NCBI GenBank assembly: GCA_951406725.2
Contig: OX597825.1
Coordinates: forward strand, 31,496,001 to 31,560,000
From: Octopus vulgaris
Taxonomy: Eukaryota
DNA length: 64,000 nt
Direction: 5' to 3'
A model generated the notes under the pieces. It saw only the letters and a list, made by a program, of their open reading frames with translations, did no database searches and was not told where the DNA came from. This document shows, in pieces, positions 56,046 to 64,000 of the stretch; position 1 is the first letter of the stretch; the number at the start of each line of letters is the position of its first letter. Both the position numbers and the translations under genes were made by a program.

Positions 56046-58502
56046 TATACATACATACATATATATATGTGTGTATGTATGTATATATATATATATAATT
56101 ATTGAGTTTAACTCAATCGATTAAATCCATTCTCTAAAATTTAAATAGGCCTTCTTCCTATTCTAGTTTGAATGAATCCAATGTCACACATTATAAATTT
56201 ATTTTTTCCTTTGGTCAATAAAATGGCATCCTGTCGTTGAGATTTACCATTGTCTGTAAACTGACTTATTTACAATGTTGTCAACGATGTTATTCTATTG
56301 TGAATATATTTAATTCACGAATATTTTTATAACAAGTTTTGGCTTCCTGGCGTTATTTTCTGCTTCATTTTAAAAATTTTATTTATAATTTGATTGATTA
56401 TAGATGCATCACATTCCTCTAAGATATGTGGCCTTTTGAAAGTGTTGATTTTTCATTAATTTTGGCAAAGGAAATGCTGAGTAAAGAAACTAAAAATAAA
56501 ATACTGATGACAACAGAATATTGTGTTGTGGTGTATAAAAACGATATTCCGTCAAGTTTGACATTCGCTAAATTTTGTGATATATTCCTGTATAGAGGCT
56601 GAAAGTAGAGTAACATGGAATGGAAGAAGTGACGAAATTTTTGTTGTTACAAATTCGTAGAAAGACAATTTTCTTTCATTTCGCTTTATTTATTTTGATT
56701 AAACTTTTTAACATGAAATTGGTTTCATGAACAGATAAAGTAGATAATGAGTGTTTTAAAACACAAAGCAAACTGCATGAAACAGCTTGCAAAAATATAT
56801 ATGTATTAGACTATATTTCTAATGCTAATGGCTCCCTGTGAATCTCAAAATAACTTTGTTTCAATATGTTGAAAGTAACGCGTTTCAAAACGGTTAAATA
56901 AATAAAACAGGTAAATAAAACAAATAAGTAGAAAGAACCCTTGACTAATGTAGGTTGGAAAGTCAATTATCTAAATAAATCGTCGAAACTTTTACGCTGT
57001 CTTCTGTAAGTTTTCGATTGAAATTTATGCACACGTCTTCACTACCTCGTCACTTATATGAATGGTGAGGTCAATTAGATTTGGCATGCACTTGGGAAAT
57101 CTTTTGGCGTGGGAAGTTGGTGCTCGCCAAGGAATAATTGAACAAGTCTTTATTCCTGTTTTGTTTGAAAATAATACACAACTTTTAGACTATAGCTTAA
57201 TGCAAATTAATGTAAATTACCAGTCATTAGAGCGTCGAATGGAATGCCTTGCAGTATATGTTCCGGATCGTAGCGTTCTGAGTTCGTATTCCGCCCAGGG
57301 GTTCAAATCCCACCGATAACCTTTTCATTCAACCTCACACTCTGATATAAAGTATCCAAGTGGATGACAGCAGATTGCAGTTTTGGAATCTCTTCGAGTC
57401 AAGGTAGATGATTGACAATCTGTGGTACTCGAATCTCTCTGCTATCAGATCAATCTTCTCTCGGAACAGCAGTATCATGGATATGGCGGTTTTGAACACA
57501 AAGAACTGCGAGGATCCAGCATACCAGGTTTTCAAAATTCTTAAAAACATCCTTAATAACAAGAGAATACCGACGGTGGCAATGAAGATTAAATACATTT
57601 TTCTTATTTTTCTTTGTTCATTTCTTTGTTTGTTTCTTGTTATTGTTTTTGTTTTTGCTTGTTTTTGTTCGTTTTTCGAATGAATTGGGTGATTAAGATG
57701 GTTGACAGCTTTCTTTTGTATTATTCTATTCTGAAAAGAAAAACAAATTAATCACTGTTTTTCTCCCATAAGCCTAAACTATAACTAAAGATGTTATAAC
57801 AGAATAGCTGGTGGGGCACAATGAGTAATATTTACGGTAAAAGCTGGTAAATGATTTCTAAATGCATTAAAAATATTATAACATATTCAGAGCCAGTGGC
57901 AGCGCGTGGGTAAGATTAGTGGGTGGGGCTGCTTCAGAAAATTTTTAACCATCGTTTTAATATTGTGTAAAACGAAAGGAACATGTAAAAAGAAAATTTA
58001 TTCATGAACTTGATAAAATCCTAAGCGAAAACATTATTGTTTGCTTTCTAATAAATTATTACGGTTCAAGCTCGATTCATTCGTTTTAAAATGAAATCCC
58101 ATCTTCTTGTTTTACCTTGAGCGAAAAGGTTAATAATGTTCTCCTTGATCTCTGGATGACTGCTTAAACATTGCAAAATGTTCATGAACTCTGTTAAAGT
58201 TCCACCTTGTAGAGGATGGACGTAGAATGCTGACGTTCATATGCTTCTTGAGAATAGATACACGTTGCGGTGATCTTGAGAAGAGTGTTGGAATAGCCAA
58301 AATGTTGGAGAAAAATATTTTTGCGTTTCTGTGTAATTCTTGCTGCATTTTTTCGTTATTAAATTAAGTTGATGAGCATAACGGTGAATGAAATGTGCAT
58401 TATTATAAACTGCTTCTATATTTTCTTGAGCTCCTGCTTTTTTGCCTTTCATGACATTTGTACCGTCAAATGTCTGAGCTATCTGTTTTTGCCTATTTCT
58501 CA

Positions 58503-59086
58503 CTAGCGGAACCGGTGAATAGTTCACGGAATTAATAGTAAAACCTATTGGGTTATTTCTGAAAATTTTATCCGAAAAATCTGAAGGCGTAATCTGTTGT
58601 TGTGTCTGTATGGAAAGATAGTCGCCCATCTGCTTTTCATTGAAAAGTGAAAGAAATTGGAATACTATGACTACTTCATGCACTTTATATATTAATACTT
58701 TATGCACAATTTTACAGCACTCATAAAATAAATATGCACTCTTATTTTTCCATATTTCCCATAAACAAAAAAATATCTCGTACATATGATACAACTTTTA
58801 GTTAAATTACATATATCTGCCACGTAAATAAGCGTGAACATTACACGGAATTGCACTTATGCGCATGCGTTAAGTGATAAGTGATATAAAAAACTTAGTT
58901 CAATTTAAAATATACTTTTCACTATCCAATCACCACCACCACCGCTTCCACTACCCCCACCACCATCATCATCATCTCTCTCTCCCCTCTTTCTCTCTCC
59001 TTTTTCTTTCTCCTCTTTTTCCCTTCAACTGTGAAAGCGTTACCGACGGGAAAAGTAACGCAATGACAAGCAGAATTATTATAAGA
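58503..59086 (-). mobile_element. Non-autonomous Helitron inserted in the hAT transposase
   Basis: Minus strand starts A|TCTTATAAT and ends with hairpin CCGTGAACTATTCACCGG plus CTAG|T; removing it rejoins the transposase segments. Confidence 0.7.
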
Positions 59087-59942
59087 TTGTTCTAGAATAT
59101 ATTTTGATATGTCATCTGGAGTTTAATTTTCTGGAATAAAGAATTCCCAAAAATGCTCAAATATTTCTTCCTTCAGCATGTGCAGTAGAACAATGACCAT
59201 TTGATTGTGTTCCGAAACATTTGTTGTGTCCTCAGCCACGACGGCTACAAACGAAGCTTCTCTAATTTCAGTCCTGATGGTATATTTGTAGCAGGCAGTC
59301 AAGTGTCTCATTCTGAATGGGTTTAGAAACACCTTTGAAAACCGTAGTGGTTTCTAAGTGATTCTTCAAATTTGGATGTTATTTAGGTGCAAAATTTATT
59401 GATCCTCTAAATACCTCTGAATTTACTGAATCATCTTTTACATCATGTCCACGTAAGGTAAGCTTGAAAGTTTCCACAAAATAAACTAGTCAATTATGTG
59501 AGGTATACTTGCCATCTCAATATGGCTAACCACTAAGGGTGGGTGTTACTGTAGCTTGTAGCCCCAGGAGAACATCGTCTCCAGCTGGCTTTAGGCACAC
59601 TTTCTGTGCCCTTATGGTATTTGCAAAGGGAGGTCATCCTTCCCTCGTCAACCTAAGTGATACGCACGGACTGCAGTTTCTAGGTATTGACCTGTCGTCG
59701 GCGTACGACAATCACCAGTTTTCGATGAAAGGAGGTCCCAATGCAAATCCTTATATGGTTTTTCCAGTAACTTTTCGTCACTAATCTCGAAAAACTGTAT
59801 GCAAGCAATAATAAAATAGTCAATTAATTTGGATAAAATTTCTGTTCTGTTTAACCTTCATGATATGCTCATTGATGAAAGTCTGTAGATTCTCCTTAAT
59901 AATTACGTTTCCGAAAAGTGGCAGTGAAACTACATTTTCAAC

Positions 59943-60160
59943 ATAATAATAATGAAATTATTGTATACAGTGCTCAGGTGCACCACAACTTGTCAGAAAG
60001 TGCATATAAAGTACATGCAGTAATGTAGAAATGTCTGGAAAGCGAACAATGTATGAGTCAGATACATGCTTGTGTGTGTATGGAGGGGAGAAAATCAAGT
60101 GTAGTGTTGGCGAATCTCAGGAAGCATGGAAGTTTTGAAGGATGCAGTGCTCCGACAACA
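59943..60160 (-). mobile_element. Retroposon 3' fragment with (TTA)n tail nested in the hAT relic
   Basis: Interrupts the transposase remnant and ends in a short TAA repeat. Confidence 0.4.
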
Positions 60161-61559
60161 TGCTTCTTTGACTTCTGTTTTTCGGTTTTTTCTTTCACGT
60201 TACATCACCAAACGGCAAACACAGAAAGTAAAACAATGCATCTTTCACTTCAAAGTCGCCGAGCCAACTTTTCCGTTGGTATCATTCAGAATTAAAGCTA
60301 TGAATATACCTCTTATTGTTACTTATTCCTGGATGAGATATTTGAATATCAGGTGTTGATTGGCCTCTTTTCTCATAGAGAGACAACTGTAAAAACTTAA
60401 GGTAAAGTTCACTTGCTGTCACAGAAATTATTTCTTGGGGATGCAAAGAGGTCGTGGTTAAATTATTATATTTTCTGTACAATAAAACAACCAAAACAAC
60501 TGTGAATTAAATAGAATAGCTGGAAGCATGATAATCATCTACAGTTTATCACATTCAAAAATACGCTCCACGGTTTTCAAGCTACCTTACACTCGGACAA
60601 CAGGGTTTGCACTACACGAGGGACAGGGCTTCCTCTAACGAGCGTACAACTTCTTTCCTCGGATATGTGCGCACAACAGCCAAACACCGCATTGCTTGAA
60701 CTGTGAAGCATACAGTTCCATACAACAATTTTCATAATTTTTCATGAACGAAGGAACGGCTACTGACATGAAGCTTATAATGTACAAGTATAAAGAAAGA
60801 ATTAAAAAAGAAAAGACTCATTATATTGAATGTTATCGATGATATTGAGTGAAAATAACGAGTGCTGCGATTCCGCAGTGCTTATACACGAACCACCATT
60901 GTTCAGAACACTATTTCAGAAAATTATCTCCGATAGCTTTGAGCATACGATGGACAAATTTAGGTAGAGCAAAATATGTATGACAAAATGAGGTAAATTT
61001 GCCTTTTCAATTTTTCAGAATTACATTTGAAATAAAAGAAATTAATATCCAATCTTAGATATAAAAAAAAGCTAAAAATTGCAAAAGGAAAATTAAATAT
61101 CTAGGGCAAACGACGGGGGATCATGGAAAAATGGCGCATAATTTGAGATTAACGAAACTCGAATAAATGTAAAAACTAAGCATAAAATATTCTCCTTAGT
61201 TTCTTCACGCTCTGCTGGAGTGGCTCTTTATATGTATATATATATATATATATGTATATATATAAAAGTAAATAAATGGCACAACGAAACACCGATATTT
61301 ACTGGAAAAATATATATATATCGGAGGAATATAAAAGTTATACTGAGGAGTTAGTTGTCCCGTTGCCACCTGTTGTCTACTCTCTAGACTCAATCTTATT
61401 TTTCAAGCATCCAAAATGGCGAGACCCTTTTGTCACAAAAATTGATTACTTCACAATGTCCCTTGTAAAGCTAATTTAAATAGCGAAAACCGGTTGGATA
61501 TCACGATATCCATAAAATACGTATATATATTTTTTTTTAATTCTTTATAACAAGATATT

Positions 61560-63030
61560 AAACTATGTGAAACGTAGGCATTTCTCTTTCACTTTTAATA
61601 AATGTTTTCCACATATTTTCAACTCAAACTATATTTATATAACTATAAATGCTTCATAGTACATTCATTATATGCGCTGCTAACTGTTTCACGTACATAA
61701 GTACGTTCATCAGGCGCTGATTGAACTATGCAACCAAGAGGTTTACGTTTAAATAGGGGGACAGGAGTGGAGCGATACGAAAGCAAAACATACCTAATTG
61801 AAGATTCCATCAAGATGGCTGAACGAGTAATAAAATACCAAAAAGAAAAGAATTTTTTTTAAATAACCAAATAAAAATTATAAATAAAGATATTAAAAGT
61901 ATATTAAAAATCTATCAAAATATATTAAAATGTAATTTTAATAACTATAAATTCACTAATGAACATGAAATGTACGAAGAAAATGCAAAATATAAATATA
62001 AATATATAAAATATAGAAGAAAAACTGAAATTATATATACAAAAACTCTAAAGAGCTCAAAGACCATACAAACTCATGCATATACAAAGCCACACACAAT
62101 ACACACACTGTACAAATTATATTAAATATACATTATAAATAAATATACATAAATTTCGTAAATATAAGCGGGAAAATATGATGGAGAATATACATAAATC
62201 GTGGAAATATAAGTGGAAAAATTCGAAGGTCGATAAAATGATACAAAATGAAATGACAAGGCGGAGAAATTATAAATGTTGATATAACTCGACGCTATTA
62301 TATCTGTAGATTAAGCGTTGAAAATGCGAAACGTAAAATAATATTTAAAAATTAGAAAGAAATTAAGAAAAAAAAATTTTATTTTATTATATTGAGAAAA
62401 TAATTTTTAGAAAAAAATTTAGTCAGTCCTGTATCGGTGGAATCTTGCAGTTTTTTTTAAAAATATATTTAGATATATGTTTGCACCCACTGAATATCTC
62501 TGATCTTCAGTTCAAAATTGAGTTCGGAATTTGCGCCTTTTCAGCTAAGCAAAGCAAAACCTACATTCGACTATGCGAACGAAATTTTTAAAAACGGTAT
62601 ACCAGTCATATGGCATCCTTCCGCCATAGTGAGAAGAGTAAAGCTACAAATTTGGCGAGACACAATTGGGCACTGGAAATGAACAATATTTCATATATTA
62701 TTAGATGGAAAATAATAATAGTCGAAGCGATGCATGAATGGATCCAGTAAATGTTGGTTTTGCTTGGCTGAAAGGGCGCCAATTCTATTCAGATCTAAAA
62801 TTCCGAACTCAATTTTGAACTCAAGATCAGAGATATTCGGCGGTGTAAACATATGTCTAAATATATTCTAAAAAATTGGAAGATCTAAGTTTTTTTCTAA
62901 TTTTGTATGTTCTCTATCAGATTTTCCGCTTATATTTACGCAATTTATGTATATTTATTTATAATGTATATTTAATATAATTTGTACAGTATGTGTATTG
63001 TGTGTGGCTTTGTATATGCATGAGTTTGTG
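61560..63030. mobile_element. Penelope-like element remnant with inverted pseudo-LTR arms and GIY-YIG endonuclease
   Basis: 62562-62775 (+) encodes YIRLCERNF*KRYTSHMASFRH..ATNLARHNW..YIIRWKII..NGSSKCWFCLAE. Inverted arms 62070-62178/62921-63028 and 62455-62567/62750-62876. Hammerhead at 61674-61717 (-). Confidence 0.8.
61674..61717 (-). ncRNA. Minimal hammerhead motif, cleavage triplet mutated
   Basis: GCGC-CUGAUGA-ACGUAC-UUAU-GUACGU-GAAAC-AGUUA-GCA-GCGC (GCA instead of GUA). Confidence 0.55.
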
Positions 63031-63240
63031 TGTATGTATGCAGATGCGTATCAATCTATGTGTGCATATGTGTATGTACATGCATGTAGATATATATATA
63101 TGCATATATATATACATATATATATATGCATATAGATATCTACATGCATATACATACACATATGCACACATAGATTGTATGTGTATGTATATGCATGTAG
63201 ATATCTATATGCATATATATATATATATACATATATATGC

Positions 63241-63285
<45 letters not shown>

Positions 63286-63290
63286 TATAT

Positions 63291-63460
63291 AAGTATTATT
63301 GCAACACAATAGTATTATTTTCCAGCTAAATAAAGTACCGTAAAGGTAGGATTACAAATAGGAAATAGTGGCACAAGGCACACATGTTTGCTAGAATACT
63401 TCTAACTTTACGGTGATTTATTTAGCTGGAAAATAATACTATTATGTTGCAATAATACTT
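63291..63460. mobile_element. 170-bp foldback element within (TA)n
   Basis: About 60-bp near-perfect terminal inverted arms AAGTATTATTGCAACA.AATAGTATTATTTTCCAGCTAAATAAA. Confidence 0.8.
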
Positions 63461-63499
63461 AATATATATATATATATATAGATAGATAGATAGATAGAT

Positions 63500-63620
<121 letters not shown>

Positions 63621-63624
63621 TATT

Positions 63625-63832
63625 CTTTTTTCTTTTACTTCTTTCAGTAATTTTACTGCGGTGCACCACCTTAAAGAGCTTTCTAGTTGACGAAATCGAG
63701 GCCAGGACTTATTCATTATAAGCCTAGTACTTATTTTATCGGTTTCTTTAGCCGCACCGTTATGTTACGGGGACGTAAACACACCAACACTGCTTGTCAA
63801 GCGATAGTGGGGGGACAAACAGAGACCTAAAG

Positions 63833-63872
<40 letters not shown>

Positions 63873-64000
63873 GATGGGCTTCTTTCAGTTTCCATCTACG
63901 AAATCCACTCACAAGACTTTGGTCAGCCCGAGGTTATAGTAGAAGACATTTGCTCAAGGCGCCAAGCAGTGGGACTGAACCTGGAACCATGTAGTTGGAA
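63625..64000 (-). mobile_element. SINE family B (cut by window end)
   Basis: Reverse-complement match to 3718-4154. Confidence 0.85.

Larger units (their letters stand above)
57894..60480 (-). mobile_element. hAT (Tip100/ZMYM1-like) transposon relic with nested insertions
   Basis: Terminus CAGTGGCAGCGCGTG. Minus-strand motifs ALFYFLCLPFG, LRGHD, EIREASFVAVVAEDTTNVS, IAQTFDGTNVMKG, FIHRYAHQLNL and STRWNF. Confidence 0.85.

Noticed and set aside
57335-57683. Complex-looking ORFs of 87 and 91 aa; similar case at 14671-15171
   Set aside because: No recognisable domain, splice context or codon signal; probably old TE fragments I cannot classify.
58237-58794. 185-aa ORF as a ZMYM1-like host gene
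   Set aside because: Chimera of Helitron sequence and a frameshifted hAT transposase fragment.

Overview
AT-rich, repeat-dense eukaryotic DNA. The SINE families and microsatellite load resemble an octopus/cephalopod genome; this is an inference from recalled repeat families, not a database result. Nearly all listed ORFs are microsatellite or TE artefacts. The window is mostly (TA)n, (TACA)n, (CA)n, (TAGA)n and (TAA)n tracts, many tRNA-derived SINEs, and decayed non-LTR retrotransposons (R4/Dong-like in TAA tracts, CR1, RTE, Penelope-like with hammerhead-ribozyme motifs). It also holds DNA-transposon relics (maT DD37D, Tc1, Tigger, hAT, GG...CC MITEs) and non-autonomous Helitrons. One credible host coding exon stands out at 54321-54674 (+): a 117-aa secreted precursor with a signal peptide, basic cleavage sites and a six-cysteine C-x3-C-x2-C-x8-C-x3-C-x9-C domain resembling eclosion-hormone/ITP/synenkephalin frameworks. 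Other notable structures are an intact-core hammerhead motif (173-264, -), two minisatellites derived from TE coding sequence, a probable non-autonomous TAA-targeting retroelement and several large palindromes.
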